This document shows positions 1 through 7,956 of a stretch of DNA of 64,000 nucleotides, piece after piece. Location: assembly GCA_910585195.1 (NCBI GenBank), contig CAJUCX010000001.1:233609-297608 (forward strand), in the 5' to 3' direction. Within the stretch, counting starts at the first letter, position 1; each line of letters starts with the position of its first letter. Source of the stretch: an uncultured Christensenellaceae bacterium. Its GTDB lineage: Bacteria > Bacillota > Clostridia > Christensenellales > CAG-314. A program made the translations under genes and the position numbers. Under the pieces are notes generated by a model, which searched no databases, was not told where the DNA came from, and saw nothing but the letters and a program-made list of their open reading frames with translations.

Positions 1-678
1 ACTTTAAGCAACTTCGGCAAATTTCTCACAAGCGGCACGTCATTGTCGACGCTGCTGCTAAGCGTAGGCGTTGCAATACTTACTACACTTTTTTGTCTGC
101 TTATCGCGTACCCAATCGCATACGTATTGGCGCGTAGCAAAATGAAAAAGAAAACCGTTTTGCTTATGCTTTTCGTATTGCCTATGTGGATAAACTTCGT
201 ATTGCGCATAAACGCGCTGCGCGAGTTTTTGGACCTTATCGGCTTGTTGGGCAACGCAAATTTGTTTAATACGGTGTTGGGTATGATATACGACTTTTTG
301 CCGTTTATGATACTGCCTCTTTATACTACTTTAATAAAAATGGACAAAAATCTTTTGGAGGCGTCGTCGGACTTAGGCGGAAACGCATTTACCACCTTTA
401 TAAAAGTTACCTTGCCTATGTCTATGCAAGGCATAATTTCCGGCATAACGATGGTGTTTATGCCTACAATGACAAACTACGTAATAAGCGATACTTTGGG
501 TTTGGGACACGTAACGATAATAGGTAAACTTATAGAAGACTGCTTTGGCGCGAGAGCAGACTGGAATCTCGGCTCTGCCATAGCGCTGATACTTTTGGTA
601 ATAATTTTTGCAACAATGGTGTTTACCGGCGGATTTAAGGACGACGAAGCAGGCGCAAGAGGTGCGGGACTATGGTAA
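1..678 (+). CDS. potB: ABC transporter permease, spermidine/putrescine type (PotB-like); 5' end cut by the window edge
   Basis: The frame is open from base 1 to the stop at 676-678. Polytopic membrane sequence with an ABC-permease EAA-type loop (LLEASSDLGGNAFTTFIKVTLP). Followed by overlapping PotC- and PotD-like genes. Confidence 0.8.
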   Translation, partial: TLSNFGKFLTSGTSLSTLLLSVGVAILTTLFCLLIAYPIAYVLARSKMKKKTVLLMLFVLPMWINFVLRINALREFLDLIGLLGNANLFNTVLGMIYDFLPFMILPLYTTLIKMDKNLLEASSDLGGNAFTTFIKVTLPMSMQGIISGITMVFMPTMTNYVISDTLGLGHVTIIGKLIEDCFGARADWNLGSAIALILLVIIFATMVFTGGFKDDEAGARGAGLW

Positions 679-1460
679 AAAAACTCATAAAAGGCGGTAT
701 ACTCGCAATAGGACTGTTGTTTATATACACCCCTATACTTTTGCTTGTGGTATATTCATTTACCCCTGCGATAACTATGGGCGCGTGGGAAGGTTTTTCT
801 TTCGCGCTGTACTCGCAACTTTTCAATAATGCGGAAATTATGGGCATAGTCGGCGATACGATAGTTCTTGCAGTTGTTGCAAGTTCGATTTCCACTGTAT
901 TAGGTACGCTTGGCGCAATAGGCATATATTACTCCAAACGCAAAGCCGCAACAGCCGTAAACGTTATGTCGCACATACCGATAATAAATGCCGAGATAGT
1001 AACGGCGGTCGCACTTGCATTATTCTTTATGCTGATTGCACCAAACACTTACTTCTCTTTGATTATAGCGCACGTGGTAATTACCGTTCCTTTCGTCGTG
1101 CTATCCATAAAACCGAAACTTCAACAAATGGACGGCAATATTTATGAAGCGGCGCTTGACCTGGGAGCAACCCCTACCAAAGCATTGTTTAAGGTAGTTT
1201 TGCCGGAAATTTTACCGGGCATACTTTCTGGTTTTATGTTGGCAATCACCCTGTCGCTTGACGACTATATTGTAACGGCATTTACAAAGCCCGACAATTT
1301 CGAGACCATAAGCACCTACGTATACAATGCAATTAAGGTACCTCAGCACTCGGCGCTGCCGCAATTACGAGCGCTGTCTGCAATAATATTCGTGCTTATC
1401 ATCGTTGCGGTAATTTTGCTTAACGTCGCAGGAAGAAAGAAAAAGGAAAAGACAAAATGA
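672..1460 (+). CDS. potC: ABC transporter permease, spermidine/putrescine type (PotC-like)
   Basis: 262 aa polytopic permease with EAA loop (IYEAALDLGATPTKALFKVVLPEILPG). Overlaps the upstream permease by 7 nt and the downstream binding protein by 4 nt. Confidence 0.8.
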   Translation: MVKKLIKGGILAIGLLFIYTPILLLVVYSFTPAITMGAWEGFSFALYSQLFNNAEIMGIVGDTIVLAVVASSISTVLGTLGAIGIYYSKRKAATAVNVMSHIPIINAEIVTAVALALFFMLIAPNTYFSLIIAHVVITVPFVVLSIKPKLQQMDGNIYEAALDLGATPTKALFKVVLPEILPGILSGFMLAITLSLDDYIVTAFTKPDNFETISTYVYNAIKVPQHSALPQLRALSAIIFVLIIVAVILLNVAGRKKKEKTK

Positions 1461-2920
1461 AAAAATTTTTTACGTCAATACTAGCAATTATGCTTTTGCT
1501 TTCGGCTTTCTGTCTGTCGGCGTGCGGAGGCAGCGGGCAGGAAGTTTTAAGAATTTACAGCAGTGAAGATTATATCGCACAAAACGAAGATACCGGCGCA
1601 ACTATGGCGGACGACTTTGCAGAGTGGTATAACCAAACTTACGGTAAAAATATCCGCGTAGAATACTCTACCTTCGGTACAAACGAAATTATGTACAACA
1701 GATTGAAGATTGCCCCGGGTTCTTACGACCTTGTCTGCCCGTCAGACTATATGATACAAAAAATGATAAACGAAGATATGGTCGAAGAATATTCATCAGA
1801 GTTTTTGGACGAAAACAACGAAAATTCGCACTACACCAAAAACGTATCGGGCTATGTAAAAGACTTGTTTGCAAGCAAAACGCTTGACAACGGAAAAAGT
1901 TGGAACAACTATGCCGCAGGTTATATGTGGGGAACTATGGGTTATATTTACAACCCCGACGTTGTAGACCACAACGACATAAAACATTGGGCTGCTATTT
2001 GGCAGCAAAAATACAACAACCAAAGCACACTTAAAGACAGCGTACGCGACACTTACTTTTTGGGGCTTGCATACGTTTACAGAGACGAGTTGAATACTTG
2101 GGCAAACAGTCTTGACAGCGGAAACATTTCGTTTGAAACTTACAACGAAAAAATAACCGAAATATTAAACCGCACCGACGACGAAACTTTAAGGAAGGTA
2201 GAAACCGCTTTGAAAGAAGCAAAAAACAATATCTTCGGTTTTGAGGTAGACAGCGGCAAAAGCGATATGATAACGGGCAAAATAAACATCAACTTTGCGT
2301 GGAGCGGCGACGCCGTTTTTGCCATAGACGAGGCGGAAGCGCAAGGCGTAGAGCTTTATTACGCCGTGCCCGAAGAAGCAAGCAACGTCTGGTTTGACGC
2401 GTGGGTAATGCCTAAGGGCGCAAACAAGCAACTTGCGGAAGCCTTTGTAAACTACGTCTCTCAGCCGGAAAAAGCCAATGAAAATATGGACTATATCGGC
2501 TATACTAGCGTAATTGCAGGCGACGAAGTTTTTGACAGAATGATTGATACCTTTGAACTCTCTACCGAGTGGGAAGAGGGATTGCAAGAAGTCGATTTAA
2601 GTTATTTCTTTACCGACTTGTCGGACGGCAGAAGCGCGGTAGTTTATACCGATACGATAGGCAGACAGTTTTCCGCACAGTATCCTGATTTGCCTACCGT
2701 CAGCCGTTGCGTGATAATGAGTTACTTCCCTCGCGACGTAGAGGCAAAAGTCAACGAAATGTGGGAGAACGTCCGCGGCGCGGAATTTCCGTGGTGGGTG
2801 GTAATTTTGATTGTATTGCTTATAGGCGCATTCGCAGCAATAAAATTACTTTCAAAATATCAAGGACGCAAAAAGCCGAAACAATATAACGGCTATAAAG
2901 TTATTTCAAGAGAAAAATAA
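1457..2920 (+). CDS. potD: Polyamine-type substrate-binding lipoprotein (PotD-like) with an extra C-terminal TM helix
   Basis: Lipobox signal (LLLSAFCLSACGG) and PotD/PotF-like body. ATGA overlap with potC. C-terminal hydrophobic helix WWVVILIVLLIGAFAAIKLL followed by a basic tail. Confidence 0.75.
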   Translation: MKKFFTSILAIMLLLSAFCLSACGGSGQEVLRIYSSEDYIAQNEDTGATMADDFAEWYNQTYGKNIRVEYSTFGTNEIMYNRLKIAPGSYDLVCPSDYMIQKMINEDMVEEYSSEFLDENNENSHYTKNVSGYVKDLFASKTLDNGKSWNNYAAGYMWGTMGYIYNPDVVDHNDIKHWAAIWQQKYNNQSTLKDSVRDTYFLGLAYVYRDELNTWANSLDSGNISFETYNEKITEILNRTDDETLRKVETALKEAKNNIFGFEVDSGKSDMITGKININFAWSGDAVFAIDEAEAQGVELYYAVPEEASNVWFDAWVMPKGANKQLAEAFVNYVSQPEKANENMDYIGYTSVIAGDEVFDRMIDTFELSTEWEEGLQEVDLSYFFTDLSDGRSAVVYTDTIGRQFSAQYPDLPTVSRCVIMSYFPRDVEAKVNEMWENVRGAEFPWWVVILIVLLIGAFAAIKLLSKYQGRKKPKQYNGYKVISREK

Positions 2921-2969
2921 TTTCTACAAAAACACTTTTCCCCGTATATTCCATAACGATAAAATAAAA

Positions 2970-3000
2970 ACAGATACCCTTTGCGAGTGTCTGTTTTGTT
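2970..3000 (+). terminator. Intrinsic terminator after potD
   Basis: A 10-bp stem (ACAGATACCC / GAGTGTCTGT, one wobble and one mismatch) with a 5-nt loop, followed by TTTGTT. Confidence 0.6.
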
Positions 3001-3013
3001 ATTTAATTATAGT

Positions 3014-4033
3014 TTAGTTTATCTCAATTATTTCAACTTCAAATAATCTTCCGTCTTTGTTAAGTTGATAACTCGCAATTTCACCTTCTTCCTTACCAAT
3101 TATCGCTTGCATCAACGGCGAATGCTCTTTAATATATCTAACATTATCACTTGAACGATTTATATTTCCGGTAACTTTTACTATCTCTCCTGTTATTAAA
3201 TATTTAATACTAATTATAGAATTTCTATTTACAACATAATTTGTATTTTCAATTATATCATTATAGTCTTCAAATTCCAAATCATCTTTGATTTCAACTT
3301 CTTTGACTTGGTTCATGATTATTAAATCATTAAGTGTAAGAAGTGTTATATTCATTATTGCAGCTTCTATCTTAGCATTTTCGCTATATCCACATAATGA
3401 GACAAAAAAACCTCCATCGAAATTGTTAGCTTTCATAGCCCCATACAGCTCTCTTATTGGTGCAGGTCCTATATTTCTATTTTTATGATGTTTACATTGA
3501 ACCGCATATCTTTCACCACATTTTTTCAGAACAATATCAATGCCACCATCCCCTGAGCCTTTTGTAACATATGATTCATATCCATTTTTTCTAAAAACTC
3601 CTGCAACTTCGCTTTCAAATTTATACGGACTAAGATTTAACCAAAAATCACGAGTTATTCTTTTTTTATATTCTATATATTCTCTTTTACAATGATTGTA
3701 GTTAGCAATTCTATCTTCTAATGACTTATCCACATAAATATTTCTTATAGAATTATTACGGTTATATTCATTTATAAAATAATCAGTAGCAAAAGCATAT
3801 ATAAGAGAACCTGGAAATAGACACCCGCCAAACACTACAAAAAATTCTGTATTAAAAACAATTGCACCTATAAATCCAATAACAATTGCAATAATAATGC
3901 CAACAATAAAAGACACTAAATAAACATGCTTTTCATTGTCCTTTTGCGCTATGTAATATGCTCTTTTTTGTCTTTCAAGTTCCGCAAAATCACTTTCTTT
4001 CAAATTAAAATCTTTAAGTTTTGGTTCTTCCAT
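3014..4033 (-). CDS. Membrane-anchored Mrr-type (PD-(D/E)xK) restriction-endonuclease-domain protein with a GreA/GreB C-terminal-like domain
   Basis: Two N-terminal TM helices. Central GSGDGGIDIVLKK..RYAVQCKHH nuclease signature. C-terminal EHSPLMQAIIGKEEGE..LFEVEIIEIN resembles the GreA/B C-domain motif. The gene is visibly more AT-rich than its neighbours, starts 10 bp after the rho stop and has no obvious SD. Confidence 0.6.
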   Translation of the reverse strand: MEEPKLKDFNLKESDFAELERQKRAYYIAQKDNEKHVYLVSFIVGIIIAIVIGFIGAIVFNTEFFVVFGGCLFPGSLIYAFATDYFINEYNRNNSIRNIYVDKSLEDRIANYNHCKREYIEYKKRITRDFWLNLSPYKFESEVAGVFRKNGYESYVTKGSGDGGIDIVLKKCGERYAVQCKHHKNRNIGPAPIRELYGAMKANNFDGGFFVSLCGYSENAKIEAAIMNITLLTLNDLIIMNQVKEVEIKDDLEFEDYNDIIENTNYVVNRNSIISIKYLITGEIVKVTGNINRSSDNVRYIKEHSPLMQAIIGKEEGEIASYQLNKDGRLFEVEIIEIN

Positions 4034-4043
4034 ATAAAAATTT

Positions 4044-5528
4044 TTATTTACTCTTTTTCATACTAATTTCCAACATAGTCAAAAACTCTTCGTTGGTCTT
4101 TGTTTTTGTAAGCAAATCAAAAATATACTCAATTTTGTCAGGTCCTTCGTTTTTGGACAATATTCTGCGCATTGCCCACATATCGTTGCGTTCCCTGTCG
4201 TCATACAGCAAATCTTCGCGCCTTGTGCCCGATTTTTCCAAATCGATAGCAGGAAAAATACGTCTTTCGCTCAACTTTCTGTCCAAGTGAATTTCCATAT
4301 TTCCCGTACCCTTAAATTCTTCGTAAATGACGTCGTCCATTCTGCTGCCGGTGTTTACCAAAGCCGTTGCGATTATTGTAAGGCTGCCGTTGCCCGACGT
4401 GTTTCTCGCCGCGCCGAAAAAGCGTTTAGGCTCTCTCAACGCCGCCACGTCAAGTCCGCCGGAAAGCGTCCTGCCCGATGCTTCGCCTACTTGGTTGTAT
4501 GCCCTTGCAAGTCTTGTAATGCTGTCCAGAAGTATAACAACGTCTTTGCCCGACTCTACCATACGCTTTGCTCTCGTCAAAGTCTGCTCCGCAACTTTTA
4601 TGTGATGCTCTTGGTCTTGGTCGAAGGTGGAAGAAATTATCTCGCAGCCTTTAACTTCGTTTTCCATATCGGTTACTTCTTCGGGTCTTTCGTCAATAAG
4701 CAACATCATAACGTGCAAATCATCTCTGTAATTGTAGATAAGCGATTGCGCAATCTGTTTAAGCAAGGTAGTTTTGCCTGCCTTAGGCGGAGAAACTATC
4801 AAGCCCCTCTGCCCCCTGCCTATCGGCGCAACAAGGTCGATTGCGCGAAGTGCAAAATTAAGCGAGTTTTTGCCTTCCAGACGCAGTCTTTTGTTAGGGA
4901 AAGTCGCTTTCAAATTTTCAAACAACGGTCTTGCCATTGCCATTTGTACGAATTCTTCAAACGGCACTCCGTTGACGGAAGTGATACTTTGCAGTTTTGC
5001 GGATTTCGCTTTATCTTCCTTCCTTGCAAAACCTTCTATAACGTCGCACTCTCTCAGTGATAAATTGCGTATAAGTTGGCCGTCGACAAAAACGTCCTCT
5101 CTGCCCGTTCTTAAAAAACCGTATTTCTTCTCTAAAATATCCAACCGACCTTTTACTTCGAAAGGTTCATCAAGTACAGGGTCATCATCATTACGCAAAC
5201 TTTCTTTACCGTTGACTCCGCCGTTGTTGTCCGCAGTGATTTTAGCGCTTTTGTAAAGTTTATCAATCCACCTGTTGACTTCCGCGCGGTAACTCGACAG
5301 TATGTCTTCGGTCGCGCTTTTGGAATATTTTGCCTCCGTCTGCCCCGTCAAAATTTCTTGGATAATCTTCCAATTTTCTTCTTTCTTTTTAGACGTCGGG
5401 CTTTGCACGCCAAACGCCTTTGCAAGTTCTCTTATATTATAGATTTTTTTACTTTCATACAATGTTTGAAACTCAGCCATATTGTCAAGTAAAAATTTCT
5501 TTTGTTCTTGCGTAATAACTTCTTTCAT
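4044..5528 (-). CDS. rho: Transcription termination factor Rho (with extended N-terminal region)
   Basis: 494 aa. CSD-like RNA-binding block (GRLDILEKKYGFLR), Walker A (SPPKAGKTTLL) and RecA-type core through the C-terminus (RIFPAIDLEKSGTRRE). Confidence 0.95.
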   Translation of the reverse strand: MKEVITQEQKKFLLDNMAEFQTLYESKKIYNIRELAKAFGVQSPTSKKKEENWKIIQEILTGQTEAKYSKSATEDILSSYRAEVNRWIDKLYKSAKITADNNGGVNGKESLRNDDDPVLDEPFEVKGRLDILEKKYGFLRTGREDVFVDGQLIRNLSLRECDVIEGFARKEDKAKSAKLQSITSVNGVPFEEFVQMAMARPLFENLKATFPNKRLRLEGKNSLNFALRAIDLVAPIGRGQRGLIVSPPKAGKTTLLKQIAQSLIYNYRDDLHVMMLLIDERPEEVTDMENEVKGCEIISSTFDQDQEHHIKVAEQTLTRAKRMVESGKDVVILLDSITRLARAYNQVGEASGRTLSGGLDVAALREPKRFFGAARNTSGNGSLTIIATALVNTGSRMDDVIYEEFKGTGNMEIHLDRKLSERRIFPAIDLEKSGTRREDLLYDDRERNDMWAMRRILSKNEGPDKIEYIFDLLTKTKTNEEFLTMLEISMKKSK

Positions 5529-5530
5529 AA

Positions 5531-5935
5531 CTACTCCTTAAAACTACATTCCAACTCCATCAAGCAAACGCTTGACGGTGCGCCTTGCATAATCATTTCA
5601 TAACCCAAAGAAAGTTTTATGCAATTTTCGTCAAAGTCTGCCGCGAGAGCATAAGTATTTATAGATATATCGATTTCGCCTACCAGCGTTAAAATTTTGC
5701 CTTGCTGTGTCTGACCCTTAGAAAAAAGAAAAGTTGCAGGAAAAGAGCCGAAACGATTGAGAGTAACGACGTCTTTGGAAATGCCGATTTTGCTTGTAGT
5801 TTCCGCATAGTCGTCTTGATTTTCCGCATAAGAAATAACGACCGTTTCGCCCTGTCTTTCAATATCGGCATCTGTTACGTATTCTATACAATCGCTGCCG
5901 TCGAATACGGATTTTAATTTTAATTGTCCATTCAT
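5531..5935 (-). CDS. DUF1934 (YwiB-like) beta-barrel protein
   Basis: 134 aa whose pattern (..VVISYAE..VTLNRFG..FLFSKGQ..L.YEM..) resembles the YwiB/DUF1934 family. Stop lies 2 nt before the rho start. Confidence 0.55.
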   Translation of the reverse strand: MNGQLKLKSVFDGSDCIEYVTDADIERQGETVVISYAENQDDYAETTSKIGISKDVVTLNRFGSFPATFLFSKGQTQQGKILTLVGEIDISINTYALAADFDENCIKLSLGYEMIMQGAPSSVCLMELECSFKE

Positions 5936-6009
5936 ATATTATTGTAAGATATACATATTATAACACAAATTTTATTTTTGTAAATATTTCGGCAGAAATA
6001 TACAAAAAA

Positions 6010-6046
6010 ATAAAAAAATCCGCCGTTTTTTGTACAAACGGCGGAA
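6010..6046 (-). terminator. Intrinsic terminator after the M28 peptidase gene
   Basis: Stem TCCGCCGTTT / AAACGGCGGA (6019-6046), followed on the minus strand by a U-run (plus-strand A-run 6012-6018). Confidence 0.7.
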
Positions 6047-6064
6047 AAAATTTTGTGTTTTTGT

Positions 6065-7780
6065 TTAATTTTTTGCTTCTTTGTCCCTTTTCAGCATAAG
6101 GTCTTTTTGCATAAACACCGAAGGAATAAGTATCGCAAGCGGCATTACAAACAAAAGATTGAGCGCAAGCTGTCCGCCTACGGTAATCGCCAAGAACAGC
6201 GAATACAACAACGGTACATTAAGCAGCAATATAATTATCGCATTCAACGACAGCAATGCGTGATTTGCATAAAAGTTGTCGGTAAAGCAATTTACAAGCA
6301 AAGATATCGTTGCTATAAACGCAGGCCAGAAGAATAAGAACGACGCGCCCGACAATGCAAAAGTAGTAACAAAGCCGAACAGCAAACTTATAAACGCACC
6401 CGCCGTCATATATTCGAATTTAGAAAGCGCGTCTTTGCCGAATTTTTTGACGGCAAACCAAATGATAAGCCCCAATACTATTGCAAAAGACAAAGCAAAC
6501 GGAATGCCCGAGCAAATTACTCTGACGTAAGTCAACTTCCACGGCACGCCTGCAAAAAGCGCCACGAGATACGACATAATAAAGCCAAACACCGCCGAAG
6601 CAATCATCGCGCCGAACACAATGCCCAAAGCAATAAGCAGTTGTTTAACTCTTATTTTGCCTTTTACATAAGCAAAGTAAATCATTACGCCAAATGCAAT
6701 GACGCCCAAAATTGCAATAACTATTGCAAACGTGTCGGAATACACCGCAAGCACCGTCGGCAAAATATTGAAGAATATGCAATCCTCGTTGGCGTCAAAA
6801 TAATTCATAACGCCGTATTTTGCATTTTCCGTATATTCCTTAATGATAGGTATAATCTGACTGCCGTAGTGCTGTATACTGCTTTTATTTATATTGCTGT
6901 AATTATCGTCAGGTGTGTGATAATAATACAAGTTGTCAAGTACCGCAAAATTTATACCTGCTTTGCCTATGTCAAGTATAGAACTGAAATCGGTAAAGTT
7001 AGGCATAACCGTATACACAGCCGTTGCCAAAGAATATGCAAACGGCATATTTGCATTTTGATAAAGTTTAATTACGTTTTTATTTTTCGTGCTTGTTTCA
7101 AACATATAAACAGGACCTTTGACGCCCCTTGCTTCTATGTTCATTACGAAATTTACTTTTTCTTTCAAGACGGAGTTGGTTTTTGCTTCCATCTCAGACC
7201 CGTAAAGTCCCGTTTCTTCGGCATCGGTGAAACACAGATATATGCTGTTTTGCAACTGACCTTGTTTGTCTTTGTAAAGTCTTGCAATTTCCAACAAAAC
7301 CGATACGCCGTAACCGTCGTCAGCAGCGCCGTACGACCCCGGGATTTCGCCCGTCCTCGTAGCGTGCCCGCGCGAATCGTAATGCGCCATAAGCAACATA
7401 CCTACGTCGCTTTTTCCTGCTATCTTTACCCAAAGGTTTTTGAGGTCGTAAGATACCGGTCTATCGTTCTCCAACATACCGTCGGGACTTAAATTATCAC
7501 TAAATTGATGCTCTTCCGGCGTCCAGTTGTGTTCTTCCACTTCATAGCCAAAGCCTTTTAAGGTGTTAAGCAGATAGAGTCTTACCTCTTCATGATTTTC
7601 CGCATCGAAAACAGAGTGCGGTTTTTGACTGATTGTTTTGAGATAGTTTGCCGCGTTTTCTGCAGAAAAACCGTTTAAGTCGTCAGATGAACTCGGCAAG
7701 CACATTATGCAAATGCCCAATATAAACGATACCACCATAACGCACGCAATTACTATCCAGTTGATGTATTTTGTTTTCAT
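6065..7780 (-). CDS. M28-family metallopeptidase with a polytopic C-terminal membrane domain
   Basis: M28 zinc-ligand blocks (MAHYDSRG, AADDGYGVSVLLE, FTDAEETGLYGS). The start is moved to the ATG at 7780, which has a GGAGGG RBS 4-5 nt upstream; the track start at 7837 has none. Many TM helices in the C-terminal half. Confidence 0.8.
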   Translation of the reverse strand: MKTKYINWIVIACVMVVSFILGICIMCLPSSSDDLNGFSAENAANYLKTISQKPHSVFDAENHEEVRLYLLNTLKGFGYEVEEHNWTPEEHQFSDNLSPDGMLENDRPVSYDLKNLWVKIAGKSDVGMLLMAHYDSRGHATRTGEIPGSYGAADDGYGVSVLLEIARLYKDKQGQLQNSIYLCFTDAEETGLYGSEMEAKTNSVLKEKVNFVMNIEARGVKGPVYMFETSTKNKNVIKLYQNANMPFAYSLATAVYTVMPNFTDFSSILDIGKAGINFAVLDNLYYYHTPDDNYSNINKSSIQHYGSQIIPIIKEYTENAKYGVMNYFDANEDCIFFNILPTVLAVYSDTFAIVIAILGVIAFGVMIYFAYVKGKIRVKQLLIALGIVFGAMIASAVFGFIMSYLVALFAGVPWKLTYVRVICSGIPFALSFAIVLGLIIWFAVKKFGKDALSKFEYMTAGAFISLLFGFVTTFALSGASFLFFWPAFIATISLLVNCFTDNFYANHALLSLNAIIILLLNVPLLYSLFLAITVGGQLALNLLFVMPLAILIPSVFMQKDLMLKRDKEAKN

Positions 7781-7889
7781 ATTGCCCTCCGCAAAAATTG
7801 CGTAGTCATTATATAATACATTTTTGAAAAAATCCACAAAAAATGAACATTTTTGAAAAATTTCATTTTTGAATTATTATAAGAACGAA

Positions 7890-7920
7890 AACAAAAAGTC
7901 CGCAACAGCGGACTTTTTGT
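7890..7920 (-). terminator. Intrinsic (bidirectional-looking) terminator after gdhA
   Basis: GTCCGC-AACA-GCGGAC hairpin (7898-7913) flanked by an A-run and a T-run. Confidence 0.7.
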
Positions 7921-7956
7921 TTCTATTCGATTTATTTGCGTTATGCAAAAATTTTA

